Assembly: GCA_964002605.1 (NCBI GenBank) | Contig: CAXFGY010000001.1 | Coordinates: forward strand, 1-43,101 | From: an uncultured Candidatus Marinamargulisbacteria bacterium | GTDB lineage: Bacteria > Margulisbacteria > Marinamargulisbacteria > GCA-2716485 > CAXFGY01 | Reading direction: 5' to 3' | DNA: 43,101 bases | Shown: in pieces, positions 8,999 to 18,423 of the stretch | How the letters are laid out: each line of letters opens with the position of its first letter | How positions within the stretch are numbered: position 1 is the first letter of the stretch | Translations under genes and position numbers: made by a program | Notes under the pieces: model-generated | Told to the model about the DNA's origin: nothing | Seen by the model: only the letters and a program-made list of their open reading frames with translations | Database searches by the model: none

Positions 8999-10111
8999 TT
9001 AAAACCGAACATTAACCAACCCCAATACACCCAATACATCTGTATTTACAACTAAATCATATCGGTAATCATCCCAAAATATTTCACTCCGAATTGTAAT
9101 TATTGGTGTAAGAAAATAGTCTAAACCTAATTCATAACGATAAATATCTTGATCCAGTCTAACCTTCCCAGAATCAGCGAATCCAGGATCAGGTAATTTG
9201 CCAGTTAGTGTATTATTAGTCGCATAAATAATCTTATTATTCCCTATTCCACACGGCTGCCAACCGGATATTCTTGCAGATAACCGAAGTTTTTGTCGTT
9301 GATAAGATGTTTCTGTCATCCAAGACCACACCTCATCAACTGATTCAGGGTTTTGATCATCGTAAAACAACCTGGCAATGTAAGCATTCATACGAAACTT
9401 CTCAATAAACTGAATACTAAAATCCATTATCCCTGCTGAAAAATCTGCGCCAAAACCTGACCGCTCACTCTCTTTAACACCTTGATAATCATCAGAGTAC
9501 ATATACGACCCCCCAATATTGATACTGTTATTAAACAAAGGAACAGATATGACTCGCGCCACAACCCCGAAATGGCCATCTGAGTTATAAGCAGACTCAT
9601 CCGTCCCATTGGTAATCGCAACAGTTAACTCCCCCAAGAAAAAACGATACATTGTCATAAACCCCAATGTGTTTAACGTTCCCATAGGCCCTGCAAATGC
9701 ACTATATAAAAGTGGATTAAGAAGTAACATATTATTAAACGTATCTGCATTATTAGATAACCGTGACACGTGTTGACCAAATGGGGTATCAAATGAACCC
9801 ATCGTAATATTCCAAGGAACGTGTTTAGGAGAATAAGATAAATTTAAATCTGTCACGACAATCGACTCCCCAGGAAAATGCAAATGACTGCCACCAGGAC
9901 TCATTTGAAACTGAATAACACCCGCAATTTCTGGTTTGATTACAAAATTAATATCTACATTCGCGGCATAATCAAATTGTGTTTGGCGAACACTATTACG
10001 CTGCTTAATGGCATTCATCCCGCCTAAATAAGTCCCAGTAATCGTAACGTCTGCTGCGTACACTGGAACAATAATGATAATAAATAAAATAATTTTTAAT
10101 ACTATATTCAT
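8999..10111 (-). CDS. Porin-like outer-membrane beta-barrel protein embedded in the metal-uptake operon
   Basis: Signal peptide MNIVLKIILFIIIIVPVYA|AD, alternating beta-strand-like pattern throughout, and a C-terminal ...GLVNVRF with terminal Phe. It sits 10-12 nt from both neighbouring genes. Confidence 0.6.
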   Translation of the reverse strand: MNIVLKIILFIIIIVPVYAADVTITGTYLGGMNAIKQRNSVRQTQFDYAANVDINFVIKPEIAGVIQFQMSPGGSHLHFPGESIVVTDLNLSYSPKHVPWNITMGSFDTPFGQHVSRLSNNADTFNNMLLLNPLLYSAFAGPMGTLNTLGFMTMYRFFLGELTVAITNGTDESAYNSDGHFGVVARVISVPLFNNSINIGGSYMYSDDYQGVKESERSGFGADFSAGIMDFSIQFIEKFRMNAYIARLFYDDQNPESVDEVWSWMTETSYQRQKLRLSARISGWQPCGIGNNKIIYATNNTLTGKLPDPGFADSGKVRLDQDIYRYELGLDYFLTPIITIRSEIFWDDYRYDLVVNTDVLGVLGLVNVRF

Positions 10112-10121
10112 TTATAAGAGA

Positions 10122-11063
10122 TTAGTAAGTTCCCCGAGTTAAACCAGATAAAATTGTCTTTACATTATGATTAATCATGCCAACATAGGTCCCGGCCACA
10201 GTCCCCTGATCTCCTAAAGCATCTGCAAATAGTTCGCCACCAATATCAACCTGCTGACCCTGAGAACGAACCGCCTCTTTCACGGCTAAAATATTACGCT
10301 TAGGTGTCGATGTCTCTACAAAAATTGCTGGAATATTATGCTTAATAATAACTTGTACTAAACGCTGAACATCTTTAATACTTGCTTCAGATTCAGTACT
10401 AACCCCTTGTAAACCAACAACACGAATACCATAAGTATCACTAAAATAATTAAATGCATCATGTGCCGTAATTAAAATCCGTTTCTCTTCCGGTATTTGC
10501 TTCATTTGTTCATGAACATTTTGATGCAATTGCGCTAACTCAGATAAGTAACGTGCCGTATTGCGATAATAATAATTCCGCGATTTTGGGTCTAGCGCAA
10601 TTAACTCATCTCTAATCACCTGAACAACCTCTTGCCAAAGTGCTACATTAAACCAAATATGAGGGTCATATAAGTCATCATAATCAGGTGACTTTAATAA
10701 TTTATCAGTAGAAATTTGATCTGCAACAGCCACCGTTTTTTGACGCTTAGCCATTTTTTTTAAAATATCTCCCATTTTAGCTTCTAGATGTAACCCATGA
10801 TAAAAAATGATATCTGCAGCCGCTAATGTTGTGACATCTCCTGCAGATGCTTGATATAAATGAGGGTCTACCCCAGGCCCCATTAAGGCATTAACCAGCA
10901 CACGGTTTTGAGCAATCACCTTCACCGCATCAGCAATCATACCCGTTGTTGCCACCACTTTAATTTTTCGTTGACTAATCGGAACTTTAGATGCCTTCTT
11001 AAAACAGCCCGTTAATACAGTCACTATCATTAACATCATTACTATATAGCGTTTTTTATTCAT
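10122..11063 (-). CDS. TroA/ZnuA/MntC-type (cluster A-I) metal-binding lipoprotein
   Basis: Lipobox VLTGC. Ligand-bearing motifs are GVDPHLY, DPHIW, AHDAFNYF and FADALG, a His-His-His-Asp pattern like TroA. There is no His-rich loop. Confidence 0.87.
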   Translation of the reverse strand: MNKKRYIVMMLMIVTVLTGCFKKASKVPISQRKIKVVATTGMIADAVKVIAQNRVLVNALMGPGVDPHLYQASAGDVTTLAAADIIFYHGLHLEAKMGDILKKMAKRQKTVAVADQISTDKLLKSPDYDDLYDPHIWFNVALWQEVVQVIRDELIALDPKSRNYYYRNTARYLSELAQLHQNVHEQMKQIPEEKRILITAHDAFNYFSDTYGIRVVGLQGVSTESEASIKDVQRLVQVIIKHNIPAIFVETSTPKRNILAVKEAVRSQGQQVDIGGELFADALGDQGTVAGTYVGMINHNVKTILSGLTRGTY

Positions 11064-11752
11064 TTATTTGCTCCTTTTTTGATCTGAAATTTTGTCGGAC
11101 TAACAACGATTTGCAAAGCCGTATACTGTGATAGCATTACTTTTCTTTTTTGAATACTAACCTCTACAGAGCGATCAAATTCATGATAGTCACGGACTTC
11201 TAATTTTTGGTTAATAAATAACTTTAATTCATTTAAATAATTTAAAAAATCCGCACCATCTGATAATACTCTGACCACCGTATAAGAACGTCCTGAAGTA
11301 GCATGCGCTAACAAGACGCCCTGATCATGATTAGGAATTGTGCCATCAATCGAAGGAATAGGATCCCCATGCGGATCAAACTTTGGATAGCCCAACTTTA
11401 TTTCCATTTGATCAATAACTGTATCTGATACCGCATGCTCTAGACGCTCGGCTTCTTGATGGACAGCATCCCATGATACGGACAAGATTTGCTGTAAAAA
11501 TAATTCCAATATACGATGACGTCTCACCATATTTTTACCTACTTTACTGCCTTTATCTGTAAGCAGGACGCCTTTGTACTTAAAATAGTTAATATAACCC
11601 GACGAAGCAAGTTTTTGTAATTGATCAGTCACAGCCGCAGGAGATACTTGTAAACGGTCTGATAATATTGTCGTTTTAATCGGGTCAGATTGCTTTTCTA
11701 ATAATAAGAACATATGTTTTAAATAATCTTCTTTGCTTTTATTTAAGTCCAT
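11060..11752 (-). CDS. DtxR/MntR-family metal-dependent transcriptional repressor with C-terminal FeoA/SH3-like domain
   Basis: N-terminal SKEDYLKHMF...LSDRLQVSPAAVTDQLQKLASSGYI wHTH and the RRHRILELFL dimerisation helix. 230 aa, three-domain length. Its stop overlaps the SBP start by 4 nt. Confidence 0.85.
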   Translation of the reverse strand: MDLNKSKEDYLKHMFLLLEKQSDPIKTTILSDRLQVSPAAVTDQLQKLASSGYINYFKYKGVLLTDKGSKVGKNMVRRHRILELFLQQILSVSWDAVHQEAERLEHAVSDTVIDQMEIKLGYPKFDPHGDPIPSIDGTIPNHDQGVLLAHATSGRSYTVVRVLSDGADFLNYLNELKLFINQKLEVRDYHEFDRSVEVSIQKRKVMLSQYTALQIVVSPTKFQIKKGANK

Positions 11753-11761
11753 CTAATTAGT

Positions 11762-11790
11762 ATTTTAAGCGCACTTAAAAAAGGAGTCAA
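11762..11790 (-). promoter_or_regulatory. Sigma70-like promoter (TTGACT-17-TAAAAT) overlapped by an 18-bp imperfect palindrome (candidate repressor operator)
   Basis: The minus strand reads TTGACT ccttttttaagtgcgct TAAAAT actaattag ATG. The palindrome TTTTAAGCGCACTTAAAA (11763..11780) spans the spacer and the -10 element. Confidence 0.5.
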
Positions 11791-12070
11791 GTTTTTTTTA
11801 TCTGAACCGCCTATAAGACCGCCAAGTAGCGTCGCTTATTTAATTGCAACAAATTTTAAAAAACAATCAATCAATATGATGAAACAGTAATTTTTAGATC
11901 AATATTTAAATTTTAATATTCTTAAACGCTTTTTGAGAAGAATACATCATTGATAAGACAGCCCTAAAGAAAAAGCAATCAAATTTTTGAGGCAAAACAG
12001 CGTGAGTATAGTGTTTACCCCCTACTCAATATGGGTATAAATTAAGTATTATAATCATATTGAGTTATTT

Positions 12071-13108
12071 ATGAATACAATAAGCCCAATTAATTTTGAG
12101 TTGCCAGACTCATTAATCGCGACATCACCGCTTAAAAACCGTGACCATAGCCGCTTAATGATGCTAAACCGTACAAGCAACACGATTAATCATCACCGAT
12201 TTTCAGATATTATCAATGTACTCACGCCTAACGATGTATTAGTACTCAATGATACTAAAGTCATTAAAGCTCGCTTATTTGCCTATCGTCAATCCGGAGG
12301 TCGTGTCGAAATTTTATTAAACCAACCCCTTAAAAAAAATACTTGGTCTGTACTCATAAAACCAGCAAAACGTATTCGAGTAGGAGAAACCTTACAATTT
12401 GATGCTAATAATACGGTAAAAATTATTGAAAAAACACCAGAGTATGCCATTGCGTCATTTTCAATCAATCAACCTTTTCTAAAATTTGTAGATCAAACAG
12501 GTCATACCCCGCTACCCCCTTATATTCAATCCAAAATTCCTCAAAACCAAGCGAATCAATTATTCTCAAATTATCAAACACATTACGCTAAAAAAGCGGG
12601 TGCTGTTGCAGCGCCAACGGCAGGACTCCATTTTACTCCCGAGTTATTACTCGCGCTTAAAAAAAAAGGAATTCAAATTGAAACCATAACGCTCCATATT
12701 GGTCTAGGCACATTTCAACCCCTTCAAAGCACTGATGTGACTAAAATCCAACTTCATGAAGAATCATTTTATATTGAACCCACTACTGCAAAACGACTCA
12801 CTCATGCCATCCAAAATCCAAGTCAACGCATTGTTGCGATAGGAACCACCACTGTTAGAACGATTGAGTCTGCCTATATTAATAATCAAATGCAAGCGGG
12901 GCACGGAAAAACACGATTATTTATTTACCCCGGCTATGTTTTTAAAGGAGTTGACGCATTAATTACCAACTTTCATTTACCAAACTCCTCATTATTACAT
13001 CTTGTAAATGCCTTTGCTAGCACAAAGTTAACAACAACCGCCTACCAAATAGCCATTAAAAAAAATTATCGTTTTTATAGTTTTGGGGACGCTATGTTAA
13101 TCCAATAA
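12071..13108 (+). CDS. queA: S-adenosylmethionine:tRNA ribosyltransferase-isomerase
   Basis: Conserved blocks SRLMML, VLNDTKVIKARL, GHTPLPPYI, APTAGLHFT, GTTTVRTIES and ITNFHLP. Confidence 0.93.
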   Translation: MNTISPINFELPDSLIATSPLKNRDHSRLMMLNRTSNTINHHRFSDIINVLTPNDVLVLNDTKVIKARLFAYRQSGGRVEILLNQPLKKNTWSVLIKPAKRIRVGETLQFDANNTVKIIEKTPEYAIASFSINQPFLKFVDQTGHTPLPPYIQSKIPQNQANQLFSNYQTHYAKKAGAVAAPTAGLHFTPELLLALKKKGIQIETITLHIGLGTFQPLQSTDVTKIQLHEESFYIEPTTAKRLTHAIQNPSQRIVAIGTTTVRTIESAYINNQMQAGHGKTRLFIYPGYVFKGVDALITNFHLPNSSLLHLVNAFASTKLTTTAYQIAIKKNYRFYSFGDAMLIQ

Positions 13109-16100
13109 TGAAAAAATATCTCACTTTTTATATACTATCGATTACAATAATGATAATCTACCCTAATGTTTCACGGGCAGACAACCAAATACAATCCAAA
13201 CAAATAATCCCCACCGAATCTATTAAAAAAGCTGCTAATGACACAAAAAAACCAAACCCACCACTTCACCCTTACTTAATGCAAGAAAACTATCGTTTTC
13301 CAATCAACAACAATAATCAAAATTTAGATTTAAATGTTGACGGATTTTATGAAGTGAAATGGAGTGGACGAGATTATACAATTCCAGATTCAACATCAGA
13401 AAATGATTATGAAGACAAGCGCTATGAAACAATAATCAATGACCCTATTTATAATAAAATCCCAAAAGATGTTTTGCCTGGTCCCATTAAAAATGATCAA
13501 CGCTACAAAATTAAAATTGATGGTCAAGTTAATGACTACACACTGCATTATGATCTTGAACAAGAACCAGATTTACCAGGAAAATATGATATTCAAATTA
13601 AACATAAAAATAAAGAACTAACTATTTTTCATTATGATGTTGACTTTAAAAATGGGGCATTCATTGATACCAAAAAAGCCATGGATGGAATAAAATACCA
13701 GCAATCATCAGATCACTGGCAAAGCAAGTTTGCAACAGGAGCTCAACGATCTGAACCCAAAAAGTTTGAAACATTTGGTAATGGAACGAACACTTACAAT
13801 TTTGCAAACTCATTCATTTTACCTGGTTCTGTTCGCGTTTTATTAGATAACAAAAAACTTCAAGAAAGTGTTGACTACGAAGTTGATGAATTAGAAGGCA
13901 AAATTACCTTTTTAAACAAAATTCCTGAAAAAAATAACTATATTAAAATAATTTACGAATTTACAAACCCAATTGCAGACTTTATCCCCGTACTTAATAA
14001 GAAAAATTTTAATGGCTTGGATTTTCATTATAAATCAAAAGATAAAGTACGAATTGAAAGGCAGTTTGAGTCCGAAATTGTTACATTATGGTCAAAAGAA
14101 ATTGCCAATAAATTACATCCAGATCCCTTAAAAGATACCCCAAAAACAATTTCAAGCAATATTTTAACTGAATTAATCGCCTTACTTACATCAAGCAATG
14201 CCCAAACATCAACTAATATAACAGACATTACTCACGCAACAGGCGCAACAATAAATATCACAACAAAAACGCTTACCCAACCAATAAACAGCTCTTCAAA
14301 TGCAAACGCCCTAAATATAGCCCCAAACGTATCAAACAACCGATTAATAACACCTCCCAAACTATTTTATGTTGACAACTTACCCATTCTAATGGGTTCA
14401 GATAAATTATATTTAAATAATAAAACACTTAAACGACATCAGGATTACTTCATTGACACCTCAACTGGAAAAATAACACTACTGATTCCATTTAATCACC
14501 ATGATACGATTGACATTCATTTTAACTACTACAAAACTACCTATATCGAAGAAGATTTACTTGGCAAAAATATTGCTGGTCCCTATCAATTAGAAAATCG
14601 TAATATCGTAAATAACTCCACCAGCATAACACTAGATCAAATGCCCTTAGAAGAACTAACAGATTACATTATTGACTATGATGAGGGCCTCTTATTTTTT
14701 AACTATGCCATTCCTTATCCTACAATTATTAATATTAAATATAATAAAATTGAAACCTTGCTCGTAACTGAAAATGTAAGAAAAAAACCCTACGAATTTG
14801 GATTTACCTACTTAAATGAATCATCAAAGTCCCCTGAAAAAGAACTCATAAAAGAAATAAAAACTGAAGTCAAAACAATATCAAATCAAATAATTAATAC
14901 TACCTTCTACCCACTAATTAATACTGAAAATATTAAAATTCGACTAAAAACATCAACAAGTGAAACTAGTGAAATATCAACACAAGATTACCGTATTATT
15001 TCTGCATATAAAGGAAAAATTGAATTAAATAATAACACTTATAATAATGAACCAATTGAAATTGACTATAACTATCAAAAAAGTTTTTATCGAGATTTCT
15101 CCTTCAAAGTAAATGAATCCCGCCTAGTATTTGATAACAATATCGATAGTGAACTTGACTTTAAACTAAACCCTGAGTCATTACCTATTCAATACAACTC
15201 CATCAAAAAAATTGAATATACAAAAGTAGAAACAAACGAAAAATATATCTTAACAGAAGGTCCCGACTTCAGTGTTGAATATAAAGATAATGGTCAGAAT
15301 ATAATTATTAAATTTAAAACAAACATTGATGAAGTAAGCGCACAATTAGATCAAAAGCCACAAAAAAATGATATTATTAAATTATACTACCACTATACCC
15401 CAGAAGTACTGGCTATACCGGATATAAACATTGATGTATATGGTGTAAACTTTACAAGATTCTTTAATAATAACTGGTCAATTAATGGAGACCTTGCATT
15501 AGCAAAAAATAATTTCGCTCGACCACAAATTCAACTTAATGAACCGATTATTATAACTGGAAGTGGCATAGAACATGATATCTATTTATTAAAAGATCAC
15601 AATACCAATAAACAGTACAAAGATATCGTTGAAAATTCAGAAGTTGTATATATTAATGATATCGTACAAGAAAAAAACACCAATTATACCTTTAACTATA
15701 CAAAAGGTACAATTAAGTTTAATAATCAAAACCCCTCACCAATGGATACTATTAAAATTTTATTTAACTATTATGACCTAAGCGGCTTAACAATAAGCGG
15801 ACAAAACTCTGCAATAAAAAAAGCATTTAAAGTAGCAGGGGGCTATAATGGAGATCAAATAAAACAAAACATATCTGTAAAAAAAATTGATCGTGAATTT
15901 CGAGCAATATCTCCAATTAAAGACAAAAAAGGCGCAACAATATTTAATTCTGATAGTCAATGGATAATCAACCCAAAAGATTCGATGAAAGTTAACTATC
16001 AATTTTCCAAACAAGACCGAGGGGAAAAAAAAGATGGCGAAGAAACAGATCGCTATTATCTTAAAGAACACAACACCGCCTTAAAATATACCGACTCATT

Positions 16101-18402
16101 CGTTAACTTCTTTGATACCGATCATGAATTGTCTTATCTATCCACAGTTGAAGACCCAAATACAATTGTAGTTCCAGTAACAGGCAATGTTCATAATATT
16201 GACAAAAGAACATGGTCACTAAGTAATACCATTTCTTTTGGGCCTGACAACTTACGCAACACCTTTTCCCGAAACTACTCTGAACAAAAAAACGACTACA
16301 TCGATAATGTAAACCCTGACACAAATAAAACAAAAACATATTCTTACAAAATAACCGCAAAAACCGAGCAATTTCCACTACTGAAAAATGTAACATTTAT
16401 TCCCAATTATAATAACTCTTTAACTCATAATACCAATAAAGACGGCTACTCCTTTCGAAAAACACATAAATATGGCTATTATTCTCAAACCACACCTTTC
16501 AAAAGTCTCAACATAACGATTGACTCCGATCAAACTAAAGTAATTGAAAAATCATCAAAAACATCAAATGAAAAATCATTTTCATTGATACAAAATAAAA
16601 CCCAATCTGCAAACTACTCTCCAGGAAATTGGCTATCATCTTCCTACAACCATAGCTTACAAGAAACTAAAAGCCCATTATTAAACCAAGCCAAAAACAT
16701 CAACGAAACAACAAAATATACTATAAATAAAATAAATCCATACAATTTTTTTATCAGTTCAGGTATTTCTCCGTTTAATTTTTGGATTCGACCTATTAAA
16801 GATAGCTATCTATCATATTCCCACACAAAAAAAAGAAGCCAACAAAATAACTTAAAAAAATTAGAAAAATCAAAAAGTAATACATTTGGTTATAATAATT
16901 GGATGCCCATCACCGGCTTCAAACTCAACTCTTTTAATTATAGCGACAACAAATCAGAGCGTATTAATTTCGAAACAACAACCTACAAAGAACACAATTC
17001 ATTTAACAATGATAACGCATATAATATTAATACAATAATAAAACCAAAATGGCCCCTATTAAAATTATTATCATATCAATTTAATTATTCACAAGAAAAT
17101 TTAAATAACGAAATCCAAAAAATTACTAAAGAAACAACTCAAGATAACAGTTTTGAATATGATAACAAACTTGAAACAGATAAAACGCACAATGTAACCC
17201 TAGCTCCCTTACAAATAAAAATTCCATTTTTAACGTTCTCTGGCGTTAAGTTTTTAAATTTAGGAGGATTTTCATCCTTAGGTAGTGTTGAGTCCTCCAA
17301 CACCAACCATTTACAACAAACATATATGATACCCACAGATCAACTGTCTTCTTTTTTTAATGAAACAACAAAACAAACGAAACCAACCGGAGAGTACACT
17401 TCAGAAGAAAAAGAGATCAAAATATCCAACAAAACAATTTTACAATCCACATTCTCACCCTTCAATTGGTTTAGCTTACAAGGGACCAAAGAAACAACTG
17501 ACTATGAAAGAAAAAGCTCCTTCACTTCACAAAAAGGAACAACATTAAAAGATACATTAAACTATTCATTAAATGGTAATAAAAGTTGGCGCTGGCTTGG
17601 TATTAAAGGGTCTCTGGCACATAACAAAATTTACCAATGGATTAGCCCAACAACAAATGTAACCAAAAAAAATCTTCAAGAAACGACTAAAAAAGAAAAT
17701 AGTCTTGACAATTATCTTAATAGCAAACTTGACAATTATATTAATAAAATTCAAAATGACTACGAAGTAACCATCACATTCACCCCCATTAAATACATCT
17801 CCCTTGATATTGGAGGGAAATTCCATAAAAACCAAGAAGTCTCAATTAAAAAAGAACTTTTAAACACTAGTGCTCAACCAACCTACAACAATACTTTAAC
17901 CGTTTTTGATGAACAAACCGCCAAAAGCGGTATCATACTTCGGCCACTGACAGCCTTAACCTTAAGTGGGCACATTAACTTCTTAAGAGCCAAAGACAAC
18001 CTATATACGACAGACTGGAAAGCCGGTCAAAAAACTGAATATACGGCCACATTTACTCCCATCAAAAAAAAATCCTTTTCTGTAAATATAAAATATAATC
18101 GCATATACACTGAAGGCTTCTCCTTCAATCAACTACAAAATCAAGCCTCCCTTCAAAAATTAAACCAAGAAGCAGAAACTAAAATTATTGAACGAAATGA
18201 TTACGTCGATATAGGATCATTGGATATTAAAATAGCAATACCAATGCAAGAGTCTGCATATATCCAAGAATTTCAAATTATTGGTGAAGGCTATTATAAA
18301 AAAATTCAAGACTATAATGATCCTCAACATAAAGAAAAAAATGAAGATCAAAATAGTTTCAGCTTCTTTGGACTAATGATTAAAGGTACCGTAATTTTTT
18401 AA
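13108..18402 (+). CDS. Very large (1764 aa) secreted / outer-membrane-associated protein, function unknown
   Basis: Signal peptide MKKYLTFYILSITIMIIYPNVSRA|DN. The N-terminal half has a recurring motif D-Y-x-(I/V)-D-x-x-x-G-x-I-x-F. The C-terminal ~800 aa are N/S/T/Y-rich and beta-strand-like, ending ...GLMIKGTVIF. The start overlaps the queA stop (TAATG). Confidence 0.6.
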   Translation: MKKYLTFYILSITIMIIYPNVSRADNQIQSKQIIPTESIKKAANDTKKPNPPLHPYLMQENYRFPINNNNQNLDLNVDGFYEVKWSGRDYTIPDSTSENDYEDKRYETIINDPIYNKIPKDVLPGPIKNDQRYKIKIDGQVNDYTLHYDLEQEPDLPGKYDIQIKHKNKELTIFHYDVDFKNGAFIDTKKAMDGIKYQQSSDHWQSKFATGAQRSEPKKFETFGNGTNTYNFANSFILPGSVRVLLDNKKLQESVDYEVDELEGKITFLNKIPEKNNYIKIIYEFTNPIADFIPVLNKKNFNGLDFHYKSKDKVRIERQFESEIVTLWSKEIANKLHPDPLKDTPKTISSNILTELIALLTSSNAQTSTNITDITHATGATINITTKTLTQPINSSSNANALNIAPNVSNNRLITPPKLFYVDNLPILMGSDKLYLNNKTLKRHQDYFIDTSTGKITLLIPFNHHDTIDIHFNYYKTTYIEEDLLGKNIAGPYQLENRNIVNNSTSITLDQMPLEELTDYIIDYDEGLLFFNYAIPYPTIINIKYNKIETLLVTENVRKKPYEFGFTYLNESSKSPEKELIKEIKTEVKTISNQIINTTFYPLINTENIKIRLKTSTSETSEISTQDYRIISAYKGKIELNNNTYNNEPIEIDYNYQKSFYRDFSFKVNESRLVFDNNIDSELDFKLNPESLPIQYNSIKKIEYTKVETNEKYILTEGPDFSVEYKDNGQNIIIKFKTNIDEVSAQLDQKPQKNDIIKLYYHYTPEVLAIPDINIDVYGVNFTRFFNNNWSINGDLALAKNNFARPQIQLNEPIIITGSGIEHDIYLLKDHNTNKQYKDIVENSEVVYINDIVQEKNTNYTFNYTKGTIKFNNQNPSPMDTIKILFNYYDLSGLTISGQNSAIKKAFKVAGGYNGDQIKQNISVKKIDREFRAISPIKDKKGATIFNSDSQWIINPKDSMKVNYQFSKQDRGEKKDGEETDRYYLKEHNTALKYTDSFVNFFDTDHELSYLSTVEDPNTIVVPVTGNVHNIDKRTWSLSNTISFGPDNLRNTFSRNYSEQKNDYIDNVNPDTNKTKTYSYKITAKTEQFPLLKNVTFIPNYNNSLTHNTNKDGYSFRKTHKYGYYSQTTPFKSLNITIDSDQTKVIEKSSKTSNEKSFSLIQNKTQSANYSPGNWLSSSYNHSLQETKSPLLNQAKNINETTKYTINKINPYNFFISSGISPFNFWIRPIKDSYLSYSHTKKRSQQNNLKKLEKSKSNTFGYNNWMPITGFKLNSFNYSDNKSERINFETTTYKEHNSFNNDNAYNINTIIKPKWPLLKLLSYQFNYSQENLNNEIQKITKETTQDNSFEYDNKLETDKTHNVTLAPLQIKIPFLTFSGVKFLNLGGFSSLGSVESSNTNHLQQTYMIPTDQLSSFFNETTKQTKPTGEYTSEEKEIKISNKTILQSTFSPFNWFSLQGTKETTDYERKSSFTSQKGTTLKDTLNYSLNGNKSWRWLGIKGSLAHNKIYQWISPTTNVTKKNLQETTKKENSLDNYLNSKLDNYINKIQNDYEVTITFTPIKYISLDIGGKFHKNQEVSIKKELLNTSAQPTYNNTLTVFDEQTAKSGIILRPLTALTLSGHINFLRAKDNLYTTDWKAGQKTEYTATFTPIKKKSFSVNIKYNRIYTEGFSFNQLQNQASLQKLNQEAETKIIERNDYVDIGSLDIKIAIPMQESAYIQEFQIIGEGYYKKIQDYNDPQHKEKNEDQNSFSFFGLMIKGTVIF

Positions 18403-18423
18403 TAACTTTGTTATACTATCTGG

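Noticed and set aside
11800-11870. GTAGCGTCGCTTATTTAATTGCAACAAATT resembles the GGCGATAAATTGCAAAT core of the repeat family.
   Set aside because: Only a short, gapped match was found, with no recognisable TIRs or other conserved blocks. It is compatible with chance in AT-rich DNA.
11950-12070. A possible preQ1-type riboswitch upstream of queA.
   Set aside because: No match to the compact preQ1-I/II consensus elements that I can recognise. queA is not a typical preQ1-regulated gene. Only a simple hairpin is supported.
13439-17835. Multiple 60-97-aa ORFs nested in or antisense to the 1764-aa gene (13439, 14028, 15787, 16103, 17139, 17360, 17569). Similar nested ORFs lie in other genes (1855, 2662, 6261, 7402, 9427, 19263, 29242, 33025, 35455, 35812, 36621, 40606).
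   Set aside because: All lie wholly inside longer ORFs with clear family motifs or a coherent signal-peptide/barrel architecture. Their sequences are compositionally biased, Cys/Phe/Lys-rich as expected from AT-rich off-frames.
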